A stretch of DNA of 64,000 nucleotides from Clostridia bacterium (lineage in GTDB: Bacteria > Bacillota > Clostridia > JAAYHZ01): positions 288,001 through 352,000 of the forward strand of contig JBMNIH010000002.1 in the NCBI GenBank assembly GCA_050950825.1, read 5' to 3'. The notes beneath the pieces are model-generated. The model was given only the letters and a program-made list of their open reading frames with translations. It had not been told where the DNA came from and did no database searches. A program made the position numbers and the translations under genes. This document shows, one piece after another, positions 49,030 through 59,193 of the stretch (within the stretch, counting starts at the first letter, position 1; each line of letters starts with the position of its first letter).

Positions 49030-50937
49030 TCATTCCAAAGTCTCAAGCCATGTATCGGCTGCACCGTCGCTAGGCATCATCCAAGCGCCTCTAGGAGACA
49101 AGCTTATGCTTCCTACCTTCGGTCCGTCCGTAGAACAGGAACGTTTGAATTGCTGCGAGAAGAATCTCTTTAAGAATACGGTCAGCCATTTCTTTACGGT
49201 TTCTTTGTCATATTTATCTCGGAAAGCATGACGAGCCAAATAATATATCTTGTCGGGAGAAGAGCCGTATTGGATCATATGGTACAAGAAGAAGTCATGG
49301 AGCTCATAAGGCCCGACGATATCCTCCGTTTTTTGACTGATACTTCCTTCGGCGTTTTTGGGCAAAAGCTCGGGAGAAACGGGCGTGCTCAAAATATCGT
49401 TGAGAATCTCCTCCGTTTCCTTGTATAAGTTCTCGCCTACCCATTTTACAACGTGCCTGATTAAGGTCTTTGTTACACCGGCATTCACCACATACATGGA
49501 CATATGGTCTCCGTTGTATGTGCACCAGCCTAAAGCGGATTCCGATAAATCTCCGGTTCCGACATGCAACGCACCTTCTTTATTGGCTATGTCCATCAAT
49601 ATTTGGGTGCGTTCTCGGGCTTGGGCATTTTCATAAGCAGCATCGTGTATGCTCGGGTCATGGCCGATATCTTTAAAATGCTGCAAGCATGCTTCGGTTA
49701 TGCTGATTTCTCTAAAGTCTGCTCCAAAGGCTTTGATCAATGCAACGGCGTTATCGTAAGTTCTGTCCGTGGTACCGAATCCCGGCATGGTTATGGCAAT
49801 GATGTTTTTTCTCGGATACTGTAATTTATCCATAGCCTTAACGATGGCGATTAAGGTCAATGTCGAATCCAGACCTCCGGATACTCCTAAAACGGCCTTT
49901 TTCAAGCCTGCATGCTTTAACCTCTTGGCAATGGCCGAAGATTGAATATCCAACAATTCTTTGCACTGTTCATCCAATTCCTCTTTACCTTCCGCTATAA
50001 AAGGATAAGGATTGATCCTTCGTGTCAATACCGTATCGCAAAGCGGACTTCCGTCGTATTGGACGATACAGTAGTCATCCGTCATAATTCCGTCGAACAG
50101 GGCGGCGTTTTTCAATCGTAAGTTCCGGATCATATCCGTATCGATTTCCGAGATTACCAATTGGGAATCAAAGGAAAAGCGTTGAGATTCGGCTAAAATG
50201 CTTCCGTTTTCCGCTATAATTCCGTGGCCTCCATATACCGCATCCGTCGTGGATTCGTTGATACCTGAAGACGTATAGACATAACCGAAAATACATCTTT
50301 CCGAATGCTGTTTGATTCGATTTAGCCGTTTGCTTCTTATGCCGGTTTCTTCGGTGCTTGCTGACAAATTGAAAACAATCGAAGCTCCCGCCGCGGCATG
50401 GTACACGGAAGGAGGAACCAAAGCTCCGAAATCCTCTCCGATTTCCACTCCGAAGCACAAGCCTTCAACCAACGTATCTTGGAATAAAAGCTCGGACCCC
50501 ACCGGCACCTCTTCCTCATCAAGCCAAAGGGTTGTTTCCGGTAAATCCGCAGCCGACTTGAAACGGCGCCGCTCATCGGGCAAAAGAACGGTTTTCGGAA
50601 CGATACCCAATACTTGTCCGTCGAAAAGAACCGCTCCGCAGTCGTATAAAGCGTTATCGATTACCAAAGGAACGCCGACGATATAGACGCCTTGTTTTCC
50701 TTCGGTGTATTCTTTTAGCTCCAGAAGAGCTTTTTTGGCACCTTTTATTAATGCGTCCTGCAAAAACAAGTCGCCGCAGGTATACCCGGTTATACTCAGC
50801 TCGGGAAATACCGCGATTCTTATCTTCTTGTTTTCACACAGATCCATACTTTCTTTTATTCTTTCGACATTAAATCGAATATCGGCAACTCTCATCTCCG
50901 GTATGCAAGCGCTTACTTTAACAAATCCGTATTTCAT
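49030..50937 (-). CDS. nadE: Two-domain NAD+ synthetase (nitrilase-like plus synthetase); glutaminase Cys replaced by Gly
   Basis: FPELSITGY, GVSGGLDS P-loop, ENAQARER and QQFKRS. GVEIGEDF replaces the canonical EICED. Confidence 0.93.
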   Translation of the reverse strand: MKYGFVKVSACIPEMRVADIRFNVERIKESMDLCENKKIRIAVFPELSITGYTCGDLFLQDALIKGAKKALLELKEYTEGKQGVYIVGVPLVIDNALYDCGAVLFDGQVLGIVPKTVLLPDERRRFKSAADLPETTLWLDEEEVPVGSELLFQDTLVEGLCFGVEIGEDFGALVPPSVYHAAAGASIVFNLSASTEETGIRSKRLNRIKQHSERCIFGYVYTSSGINESTTDAVYGGHGIIAENGSILAESQRFSFDSQLVISEIDTDMIRNLRLKNAALFDGIMTDDYCIVQYDGSPLCDTVLTRRINPYPFIAEGKEELDEQCKELLDIQSSAIAKRLKHAGLKKAVLGVSGGLDSTLTLIAIVKAMDKLQYPRKNIIAITMPGFGTTDRTYDNAVALIKAFGADFREISITEACLQHFKDIGHDPSIHDAAYENAQARERTQILMDIANKEGALHVGTGDLSESALGWCTYNGDHMSMYVVNAGVTKTLIRHVVKWVGENLYKETEEILNDILSTPVSPELLPKNAEGSISQKTEDIVGPYELHDFFLYHMIQYGSSPDKIYYLARHAFRDKYDKETVKKWLTVFLKRFFSQQFKRSCSTDGPKVGSISLSPRGAWMMPSDGAADTWLETLE

Positions 50938-51035
50938 AAAAACCACCCGATATAAAATTTTCTTACATTTTATTATAACATACCGTTAAAGCGCCAGTAC
51001 AAATTCAAAAAAATAGAAAAAATTTTATGAACCTA

Positions 51036-51084
51036 TTGACAACACCATCTTACTAGTGTACTATACAACTAGTACACTAGTAAG
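51036..51084 (+). promoter_or_regulatory. sigmaA promoter overlapped by a YtrA-type GntR operator
   Basis: TTGACA (51036)-17-TACTAT (51059); perfect 15-bp arms CTTACTAGTGTACTA-tacaac-TAGTACACTAGTAAG at 51049-51084. Confidence 0.85.
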
Positions 51085-51094
51085 GGAGGTTTCT

Positions 51095-51481
51095 ATGAAG
51101 TATGAGTCGAGTAAGCCCATCTATTTGCAGGTTATGGATTCATTGAAGCAAAGAATGGTAACAGGCGACCTGCGGCCCGGTGATCAATTGCCCTCCGTTC
51201 GTTTGCTGGCCATCGAGTACGATATAAACCCCAATACGGCGGCCCGTGTCTACAAGGAACTGGAGCTAGAGGGCATATGCTTTACCAAAAGAGGCGAAGG
51301 AACCTTTGTAACGGAAGACCCCGATCTGATCCGGTCGTTAAAAGAACAAACGGCAAAGTCCATAGTAAAAAAGTTCATCAAAGAAATGACGGGATTAGGG
51401 TATGACAAATTCGAGATTATTCAAAAAATACAGAAAGAAGGAGACGAAAATGATTCTATTGAAAACGGAAAAACTGACTAA
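51095..51481 (+). CDS. GntR family regulator (YtrA subfamily)
   Basis: Motifs PIYLQ, LPSVR, INPNT and RGEGTFV; short C-terminus. Confidence 0.93.
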   Translation: MKYESSKPIYLQVMDSLKQRMVTGDLRPGDQLPSVRLLAIEYDINPNTAARVYKELELEGICFTKRGEGTFVTEDPDLIRSLKEQTAKSIVKKFIKEMTGLGYDKFEIIQKIQKEGDENDSIENGKTD

Positions 51482-52142
51482 AACATTCGGCGGAAAGCCT
51501 GCCGTTTATGAAGTGGATGCGGAATTTGAAGCCGGAAAGCTGTACGGACTATTAGGACCTAACGGCAGCGGAAAAACAACCTTCATGAAAATGGTTGCCG
51601 GATTGTTTTATCCTACCGCAGGAAAAATAACCGTTATGGACGGGTTATCGAAAACGGCATCCAAAAGCAAAGTAGCATATATGCCTACGGAGCCTTTTTT
51701 CTACGATTACATGACCGTGAAAACCGTAGGAGATTTTTTCAAGGATTTTTACGAAGATTTTGACCCCGAATGGTACAAGGAACAAATCGAATATATGCAG
51801 CTTACTCCGGATTTGAGAATCCGAGCTTTGTCCTCCGGTATGGCGGCGAAGCTGAAAGTGGCCGTAACCATGTCCCGACGGGCATCCATCTATATGCTGG
51901 ACGAACCCTTGAACGGCATCGATCTTGTGGCTCGCGACAAGATCATCACGTCCATCATCAAAAGATCCGCTCCGGACAACACGATTATCATATCCAGCCA
52001 CCTGATCGACATTATGGAAAACCTTTTGGATGAAGTCCTCTTTTTGAAAGACGGAAGGACGGTCTTAAAAGGCAATGCGGAGGAAACCCGTGAAAAGAAC
52101 GGCAAATCCATTGCGGATTTATACAAGGAGGTATATGCATGA
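51450..52142 (+). CDS. ABC transporter ATP-binding protein
   Basis: Motifs GPNGSGKTT, LSSGM, LDEP and SSH. Confidence 0.95.
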   Translation: MILLKTEKLTKTFGGKPAVYEVDAEFEAGKLYGLLGPNGSGKTTFMKMVAGLFYPTAGKITVMDGLSKTASKSKVAYMPTEPFFYDYMTVKTVGDFFKDFYEDFDPEWYKEQIEYMQLTPDLRIRALSSGMAAKLKVAVTMSRRASIYMLDEPLNGIDLVARDKIITSIIKRSAPDNTIIISSHLIDIMENLLDEVLFLKDGRTVLKGNAEETREKNGKSIADLYKEVYA

Positions 52143-52939
52143 TAGCTAAATTATTGAAATACGAACTGTTAAGAAGAAAAGGTCCCTTGACTGCTTTTGC
52201 CGTCATATTCATCGTATTGGAGGGTTTGTTACTCTTCGGTCTATTTAAAGGAGACGCATGGATCGGTTTATCCATCTTTATGACCATCCTCTTAATCGGC
52301 GGAACCTATGTCTTCGTGCTTTTGGATCCCATAATCTCCTTTTACTCCGACATCAAAAACAAGCACGGATACATGCTGTTTTTAACACCGGTAAACGGAT
52401 ACCAAATCGTAGGCTCAAAGGCTTTGTTCGGATTCATCCAGATGTTCGTAGCGGGAGCGATACTCTTTTTGACCTTTGTGTTAAATTCCAAATTAACGAC
52501 GCATTTATACTTTACGGGAACGGAGATCGAAAGCTTGTGGAATCGAATTTCCCATGACTTTAAGGACTTTTTGCCCACATTAGGTCAGATTATCCAATTC
52601 CTTGTCATGGTACTGCTGCAATGGTTTAACGTCATTATGATGGGCATATTTGCCATAACGCTGAACAAAACCATATTTTCCGACAATCGCCATTCCTTCC
52701 TTTTAAGCCTTTTGATGTACGTTTTCCTGTACGTTATCATTCAAACGGTTACCGTAGCGATTTTAGCTCCCTTCGGACTTTTCGGTGATATGTTACGAGT
52801 TCAAACAAGCAACGGTTCAATCCAAGGCTCGTTAAACGTAGGAAAATACACGACCTTAGGAATGATACTAAACGCATTCTATATCCTCCTCTTCTACTTT
52901 TTGTCCGGCCGCTTCTTACATAAACGAGTGGACTTGTAA
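52139..52939 (+). CDS. ABC-2-type transporter permease
   Basis: About six TM helices; start overlaps the ATPase stop (ATGA). Confidence 0.82.
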   Translation: MIAKLLKYELLRRKGPLTAFAVIFIVLEGLLLFGLFKGDAWIGLSIFMTILLIGGTYVFVLLDPIISFYSDIKNKHGYMLFLTPVNGYQIVGSKALFGFIQMFVAGAILFLTFVLNSKLTTHLYFTGTEIESLWNRISHDFKDFLPTLGQIIQFLVMVLLQWFNVIMMGIFAITLNKTIFSDNRHSFLLSLLMYVFLYVIIQTVTVAILAPFGLFGDMLRVQTSNGSIQGSLNVGKYTTLGMILNAFYILLFYFLSGRFLHKRVDL

Positions 52940-52961
52940 ACGCCCTTTTGCCTTATTCGTT

Positions 52962-52998
52962 AAAAAACCTCAGGCCTTTGTAGGAACCTGAGGTTTTT
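52962..52998. terminator. Bidirectional terminator
   Basis: AAAAACCTCAGG-loop-CCTGAGGTTTTT between convergent genes. Confidence 0.82.
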
Positions 52999-53013
52999 GC
53001 TTTATCATACCTA

Positions 53014-55656
53014 TCATTGCGTCAGTGCACGGATTCTTTCCAATACGCTTTCGTACATCATTTCATACTTGGCCTTTTTTTCTTTTTCCGCATTTACGAC
53101 TTTTTCCGGAGCTTTTTTCACAAAGCTTTCATTGGCCAATTTTTGATTCACCCGTTCAATTTCTCCTTCCAGTCGTTCCTTTTCACCTTGGAGTCGTTGA
53201 ATTTCCTTTTCGATGTCGATCAAGTCTCCTAACGGGATATAGATCTCACAGCCCTTCACAACAGCGGATACGAAGTTTTTATCGATACCCTCCTTGCTTT
53301 CGGTAATGACAACCTCGGAGCAATAAGCAAGCTTTTCAAAGTACACTTTACCGGATTCATAAATATCCGCTAAGCCTTTGTCCGACACCGCAAGAATGGC
53401 TTTGGCTTTTCTTGTAGGCGGTACGTTCATATCGGCTCTTATGTTTCGAATGGCCTTGATGGCGGTCATGATTTCGTCCATTTGCTTTTCTTCTTGTTCA
53501 TAAGTATAGCGTTCGGAGTATTCCGGCCATTTTGAAATCATGACGCTAGGATCGTCGTTTACCAAATGGGTGTATATCTCTTCCGTTACAAAGGGCATGA
53601 AAGGATGCAAAAGCTGCATCGAAACGGATAACACCTTGTTCAGTACGTACAAGGATTCCTTTCTGCCGGGAGCTTCTCTGTCGTACAGTCGAGGTTTCAC
53701 CAGCTCGATGTACCAGTCACAGAATTCTTCCCAAACAAACTCGTAAATCTTTTGCAGCGCTATACCGAATTCGTATTTATCCAAGTTGACGGTAACCTCT
53801 CTTACAAGGTCGTTGACTCTGCTTAAAATCCATTTTTCGGGTATTCCGAACAAGGACTCGTCGATATCGCTGAAGTCAATGTCCTCATCGAAGTTCATCA
53901 ATACGAATCGGGAAGCGTTCCATATTTTATTTGCAAAATTTCTTCCCGCCAAAATCTTGTCGTCGGAGAACCGCAAATCGTTTCCGGGAGACACCCCTAT
54001 AATCAAAGCAAAACGAAGCGCATCCGTTCCGTAATTTTCGATTACCTCCAGAGGATCGATTCCGTTGCCTAAGGATTTGCTCATTTTGCGTCCCAAAGCG
54101 TCTCTTACCAAACCGTGGATAACCACATGCTTGAAGGGTTCTTTACCGGTATGCTCCAAAGCGGAGAAAATCATACGGGCAACCCAGAAGAATATGATGT
54201 CGTATCCGGTTACCAAAACATCCGTCGGATAGAAATATTTCAAATCCTCCGTTTCATCCGGCCAGCCTAACGTGGAGAAAGGCCACAAGGCGGACGAGAA
54301 CCAAGTGTCCAACGTATCTTGGTCTTGTACCAAATTTGTACTTTGGCACTTCGGACATTTTTCCGGCGCCGTTCTTGCTACGATAATCTCGCCGCATTCG
54401 CAGTAATAGGCCGGAATTTGATGTCCCCACCACAGCTGTCTCGAAATGCACCAATCCCGGATGTTTTCCATCCAGTTATAATAAATCTTGCTGAATCGTT
54501 CGGGTACGAACTTCACGGTGCCGTTTTTCACCACTTCGATGGCGGGCTTGGCTAAGGGTTCCATCTTAACGAACCACTGCATGGAAACCATCGGTTCGAT
54601 AACCGTCGAGCACCGATAGCAGGCTCCTACGTTATGGGTATGCTCTTCAATTTTTACCAACAGTCCTTCCTTTTCAAGGTCTTTTACTACGGCCTTACGG
54701 GCTTCGTAGCGGTCCATTCCCGCATAAGCGCCGGCATTTTTATTCATGGTGGCATCGTCGTTCATGACCTTTACCAAATCCAGGCCATGGCGCAGCCCCA
54801 CTTCAAAGTCGTTAGGGTCGTGGGCGGGCGTAATTTTAACCGCTCCGGTTCCGAAGGAAGGATCCACGTACTCGTCGGCGATAACGGGAATTTCTCTGTT
54901 CATTAAGGGCAGTATGACCGTTTTCCCCACCAAATCCTTGTATCGGTCATCCTCCGGATGAACCGCCACGGCGGTATCTCCCAACATGGTCTCGGGACGG
55001 GTGGTGGCTACCGTGATGAAGCGTCCTTCCTGCCCTTTTACCGGATACTTGATATGCCACAGGTTGCCTTTTTGCTCTTCGTATTCCACTTCCGCATCGC
55101 TGATGGAGGTTCCGCAAATCGGACACCAGTTGATAATCCTTTCTCCCCTGTAGATCAATCCCTTTTCATACAAACGGACAAAGACCTCGGTAACGGCTTT
55201 GGACAAGCCTTCGTCCATGGTAAACCGTTCTCTTTCCCAGTCACAGGAGCTCCCCAGCTTTTTCAATTGGCTTACGATTCTGCCGCCGTACTGCTTTTTC
55301 CATTCCCATGCTCTTTCCAAGAACTTTTCTCTTCCTAAATCCTCCTTGGTCACGCCTTCTTCCTTCAGCTTTTCCACGATTCTCGCTTCGGTAGCGATGC
55401 TGGCATGGTCGGTTCCGGGTAGCCATAATGCGGAGTAGCCCTGCATTCTTTTCATCCTTATCAATATATCCTGCAGAGTGTTGTCCAAAGCATGACCCAT
55501 ATGAAGCTGTCCCGTAATGTTCGGCGGCGGTATCACGATGGTGTACGGTGTTTTGTTAGGATCTATCTTTGCATGAAAGTATCCGTTTTCCATCCACCGC
55601 TTATACAGTTTATCTTCAACTTCTTTCGGTTCATATGTTTTTGCCAATTCCATCAT
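53014..55656 (-). CDS. valS: Valine--tRNA ligase
   Basis: Motifs [21 protein letters not shown] and KMSKS; C-terminal coiled coil; Val T-box upstream. Confidence 0.98.
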   Translation of the reverse strand: MMELAKTYEPKEVEDKLYKRWMENGYFHAKIDPNKTPYTIVIPPPNITGQLHMGHALDNTLQDILIRMKRMQGYSALWLPGTDHASIATEARIVEKLKEEGVTKEDLGREKFLERAWEWKKQYGGRIVSQLKKLGSSCDWERERFTMDEGLSKAVTEVFVRLYEKGLIYRGERIINWCPICGTSISDAEVEYEEQKGNLWHIKYPVKGQEGRFITVATTRPETMLGDTAVAVHPEDDRYKDLVGKTVILPLMNREIPVIADEYVDPSFGTGAVKITPAHDPNDFEVGLRHGLDLVKVMNDDATMNKNAGAYAGMDRYEARKAVVKDLEKEGLLVKIEEHTHNVGACYRCSTVIEPMVSMQWFVKMEPLAKPAIEVVKNGTVKFVPERFSKIYYNWMENIRDWCISRQLWWGHQIPAYYCECGEIIVARTAPEKCPKCQSTNLVQDQDTLDTWFSSALWPFSTLGWPDETEDLKYFYPTDVLVTGYDIIFFWVARMIFSALEHTGKEPFKHVVIHGLVRDALGRKMSKSLGNGIDPLEVIENYGTDALRFALIIGVSPGNDLRFSDDKILAGRNFANKIWNASRFVLMNFDEDIDFSDIDESLFGIPEKWILSRVNDLVREVTVNLDKYEFGIALQKIYEFVWEEFCDWYIELVKPRLYDREAPGRKESLYVLNKVLSVSMQLLHPFMPFVTEEIYTHLVNDDPSVMISKWPEYSERYTYEQEEKQMDEIMTAIKAIRNIRADMNVPPTRKAKAILAVSDKGLADIYESGKVYFEKLAYCSEVVITESKEGIDKNFVSAVVKGCEIYIPLGDLIDIEKEIQRLQGEKERLEGEIERVNQKLANESFVKKAPEKVVNAEKEKKAKYEMMYESVLERIRALTQ

Positions 55657-55696
55657 AATTATCATCCTTTGCTGTATTTAAAATTTTTAACTTTTA

Positions 55697-55942
55697 TCAC
55701 TCAAACAAAATCAATATCCCGAAAAGTCCGGGAAGAAGAAATACCAATCCGTACAATTTCACACGCAGTACCGCTTTTTGTCTTTTCATCTCGTCGATTT
55801 CTTTTTCCTCGAAATGTTCCGCTCCTTTTACCGTCTCTTTGCTCCTCAACCGGTATTTTTCTTCGATCTTACCTGCTAAGAAGATAACAAAAGCCCCTGC
55901 TGCAAACAATAGCAGCGATAACGCCTTTAAAACCATCTGCAT
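55697..55942 (-). CDS. Small two-TM membrane protein between the T-box and valS
   Basis: AAAGGA RBS; hydrophobic termini flanking a charged loop. Confidence 0.7.
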   Translation of the reverse strand: MQMVLKALSLLLFAAGAFVIFLAGKIEEKYRLRSKETVKGAEHFEEKEIDEMKRQKAVLRVKLYGLVFLLPGLFGILILFE

Positions 55943-55974
55943 TTCCTTTCACCGCCGTTTCCTTAATCCGTAAT

Positions 55975-56218
55975 ACAAAAAAGCCTTCGTCATTTGGACG
56001 AAAGCTCGCGGTACCACCAAATTTCTTTGACAACCGAAAGCCAAACGGCCGTATTGTCAAAGCACTCTTTATGATAACGGTCTACACCGCCGATTTCTAC
56101 TGATCGTTCAAAATCGGAACTCCCGGGCGACCTTCGGTGTATCGATCTTATGAGAAACCTCTCAGCCGGTGAGTTTCTCTCTCTGTTAAGGGACAGACAC
56201 CTACTCCTCCCGTTCTTC
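55975..56218 (-). ncRNA. T-box leader (Val, specifier GUC)
   Basis: GAGUA, AGAGAG and GCUGAG stem I motifs; GAAG-GUC-GCC specifier at 56129-56131; AAUUUGGUGGUACCGCG T-box at 56007-56023; terminator with U-tract. Confidence 0.93.
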
Positions 56219-56467
56219 GTTTTTCTGCTGACGGATTATCTTAATATATGATAACCGAAAAACATATTTGCATACTAATATATCGAAAAATGCATATGAA
56301 GTCAATGGGTTTTGAAACCGAAAATTTCGACCGACCGTATTGTTTTTTTATTGTTTTTTTCGCAATTTTCAACAAACAGTTTCATTTTTGTTGAATTTAA
56401 TGATAAAAATAGTAATAGATTTGATAAAATAGGTGATAATAAAACCCTTTCACGGGAGGTAAAAGAG

Positions 56468-59101
56468 ATGAAAAAATCCGCTGTCTTTTTTCACGACGGT
56501 TTTATACAATCTCTGCAGGAGAATATTCAATCCTCCGAAAGCCTGCAAAATTACGCAAAAGAAAGAATACACGCTGCAGATTATTGGATGAAGATGGATT
56601 ACGATCAAGTGTGGGAATTGATGTTCCCCCCTACCATCAAGCGATCATGGATGGTTCATTCCAACGGACAATGCCCGGATTGCGGGAATGACGTACATAT
56701 GTATAAATGGGTCATCGATGCGAAGAATAAGCCGTGGAAGCTTGTTTGTCCTCATTGCAACGGTGCCTTTCCTAAAAACGATTTTTATGCCTACTACAAA
56801 TCGGGAATCTGCGAAGACGGCATTTTCCGTTATGAAAAAGCCGATCCTTCCCTTCTCGTCAACGAAGAGGACGGTTCCCGATACGGTGTAGACGACGGCT
56901 TTTCCTATACGGACGAAAAAGGCGACAAATATTGGTTTATCGCCACCTACTTGGTATACGGACAGTGGAGGCAGATCGTTTTGGAGGGTGTCTCCGTTTT
57001 ATCCGACGCCTATTGCATTACGGGCGATTTGGAATTTGCGCGCCGCGCTATCATTCTATTAGACCGTATAGCCGACTTGTATCCCGATTTCGACTTCCGC
57101 GAACAGGGCATTATGTACGAGGACGAAAAGACCTCTCGAGGATACGTATCTTATTGGGCGGCCGCCTCTACCGAGGCACAAATTTTGGCCGTTTCTTACG
57201 ATAAAGTTTTCTCGGCCATAGAAAAGGATCCTTTTATCCTTTCCTACCTTCATGAAAAAGCCGTAAAACACAACTTATCCAATCGAAAAGCGACCGTTTC
57301 GGATATACGAAAGAACATTGAAGAACGAATATTGAAGGATACCATTGCAAATTTGCATAAGGTACGGACGAATTATCCGAATACGGAAATCACGGACATC
57401 ATACTTTCCCTCGTTTTGGATGATGCCGAATCCAAGAAAAAAGCTTTGGAAATCCTGGACGATATCATCGAAACGGGTACCTACGTGGACGGTATTGCCG
57501 GAGAAAAAGGCGGTTATTCATCCTCGTCCCCCGGCTGTTTATACAACTTGTTGTCTCTGCTCATCCAAACCGAAGAATTCAGTATGCCCGTATTACTGGA
57601 AAAATATCCGCGGTTAATCGATTGCTATAAATTCCATATCGATTCTTGGGTATTAAACAAGTACTATCCCGGTCACGGCGACGGCGGAAGATTATCCGAT
57701 CCTACCTCTCGTCACTTGCTATTTAACGATCGCGGCACGAGGTTTTCGACCTTTTCCATGACAAGACAAAAATTCGCTTATGAACTGTACCGCTGTACAT
57801 CGGATCCGGATTTCGTAAAAATACTATATATCTCCAACAACTTTTCTTCCGAAGGATTATTCGAAAAGGATTTTACCGTCACCGACAGCAAAGCTCTCCA
57901 AAAAGAAATCGACCGGATCATCGAAGAGCAAGGTCCGGACTTAAAAGGCGATTGCGTGGACTTTAAGCGGTTCCGCTTCGCTTTGCTGAAATCCGGATGC
58001 GGAAAGCACAAACGGGCGGCCTTTTTGGATTACGATACCGGCGGCAACCACTCCCACCAAGATGCATTAAACATCGAGCTGTATGCAAAAGGGATGAAAT
58101 TCTTGCCGGATTTCGGCTACCCGCCGGTAAACTGCGGCGGTTGGAGCGGTCCGAATTATAAATGGTATATTATTCCCGCTTCCCATAACCTGGTTGTGAT
58201 TGATCGAAAGGAACACAATCGGCACGAGCAGCCCGGTAAAACGCCCTTTTTAAGGTATCCTCTTTTCGGCGAAACCTTTATGTGGCTTACGGAGTCCCCT
58301 TCGAAAGCCGTTTACGCCAAAGCTCCGGAGTATGCCGGAACCAAGCGCTATGAAAGACTTATCGCTTTGATCGATTTGAACGATGAAGACTGCTATTTTC
58401 TTGATATTTTCCGAACCCAAGGCGGAAAAGAGCACACGAAGTTTATCCGTAACGGTTTTTCCGAGCTTACGGTGAAGGGACCGGGCCTTTTACATACGGA
58501 AGATATCTATCATCCGGACGCGTTGATGCGTAATTATAAGAAGGCCGTCAATCCTATCTTCGGTTGGCATGCGGACTTTTTGTGCAAAGACTTGTACGAG
58601 GTTTTGGAACCGGATATGAAGCTTTATCTTCGCTATACGTCTTTGAATACGGCAAATGCGATCTATACAGCCGAATCGAAGGTTTGTAAAAGCTGGGAAA
58701 CCGGAATCCCCGAAATTGCCGGCCAAGAGCATTGGATCCCCACCGTCATGGAAATGAAAATCGGCGAGGACGACGATTTTCAATCCGCCTTCGTTTCCAC
58801 ATATGAACCTCATACCGGAACTCCTTCGATAACGGAAATCACTCGTTCTCCCGCTTTCGATGACGAAAGCAACATCTTGTCCGACATGAACGTAGCTTTG
58901 AAAATTAAGACCGACCAAGGCTTTACCGACTATATTTTAGCCAAAGATCCGGAGCAGGACGGAAACATGAACGCATTCTCCATCCGAACCGACGCTCTGT
59001 TTTGCTTTGTTCGGGTATACGACGATAACAAGGAACCCGTAATCAAGGGAAGCAAAGGCAGTATTATCACCTTCAAGAATATGATCTATCGATTTGAATA
59101 G
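56468..59101 (+). CDS. Large heparinase II/III-family (polysaccharide lyase-like) protein with an N-terminal CxxC pair
   Basis: Motifs CPDCG, CPHC, DDGFSY, LSDAYCITGD, GGNHSHQDALNIELY and SHNLVVID. Confidence 0.8.
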   Translation: MKKSAVFFHDGFIQSLQENIQSSESLQNYAKERIHAADYWMKMDYDQVWELMFPPTIKRSWMVHSNGQCPDCGNDVHMYKWVIDAKNKPWKLVCPHCNGAFPKNDFYAYYKSGICEDGIFRYEKADPSLLVNEEDGSRYGVDDGFSYTDEKGDKYWFIATYLVYGQWRQIVLEGVSVLSDAYCITGDLEFARRAIILLDRIADLYPDFDFREQGIMYEDEKTSRGYVSYWAAASTEAQILAVSYDKVFSAIEKDPFILSYLHEKAVKHNLSNRKATVSDIRKNIEERILKDTIANLHKVRTNYPNTEITDIILSLVLDDAESKKKALEILDDIIETGTYVDGIAGEKGGYSSSSPGCLYNLLSLLIQTEEFSMPVLLEKYPRLIDCYKFHIDSWVLNKYYPGHGDGGRLSDPTSRHLLFNDRGTRFSTFSMTRQKFAYELYRCTSDPDFVKILYISNNFSSEGLFEKDFTVTDSKALQKEIDRIIEEQGPDLKGDCVDFKRFRFALLKSGCGKHKRAAFLDYDTGGNHSHQDALNIELYAKGMKFLPDFGYPPVNCGGWSGPNYKWYIIPASHNLVVIDRKEHNRHEQPGKTPFLRYPLFGETFMWLTESPSKAVYAKAPEYAGTKRYERLIALIDLNDEDCYFLDIFRTQGGKEHTKFIRNGFSELTVKGPGLLHTEDIYHPDALMRNYKKAVNPIFGWHADFLCKDLYEVLEPDMKLYLRYTSLNTANAIYTAESKVCKSWETGIPEIAGQEHWIPTVMEMKIGEDDDFQSAFVSTYEPHTGTPSITEITRSPAFDDESNILSDMNVALKIKTDQGFTDYILAKDPEQDGNMNAFSIRTDALFCFVRVYDDNKEPVIKGSKGSIITFKNMIYRFE

Positions 59102-59115
59102 GGTGATTACATGAC

Positions 59116-59168
59116 AAAAACCTCCTTTTCGTAACCCGAAGGGGTTTTGGAAAAGGAGGTTTTCTTTT
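59116..59168. terminator. Bidirectional terminator
   Basis: AAAAACCTCCTTTTC...GAAAAGGAGGTTTTT between convergent genes. Confidence 0.8.
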
Positions 59169-59193
59169 ACTCGTAAATCTCCATTTTTGCTCC

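Noticed and set aside
55869-56060. 63-aa ORF upstream of valS
   Set aside because: It overlaps the T-box antiterminator and terminator, and has no RBS or protein-like features.
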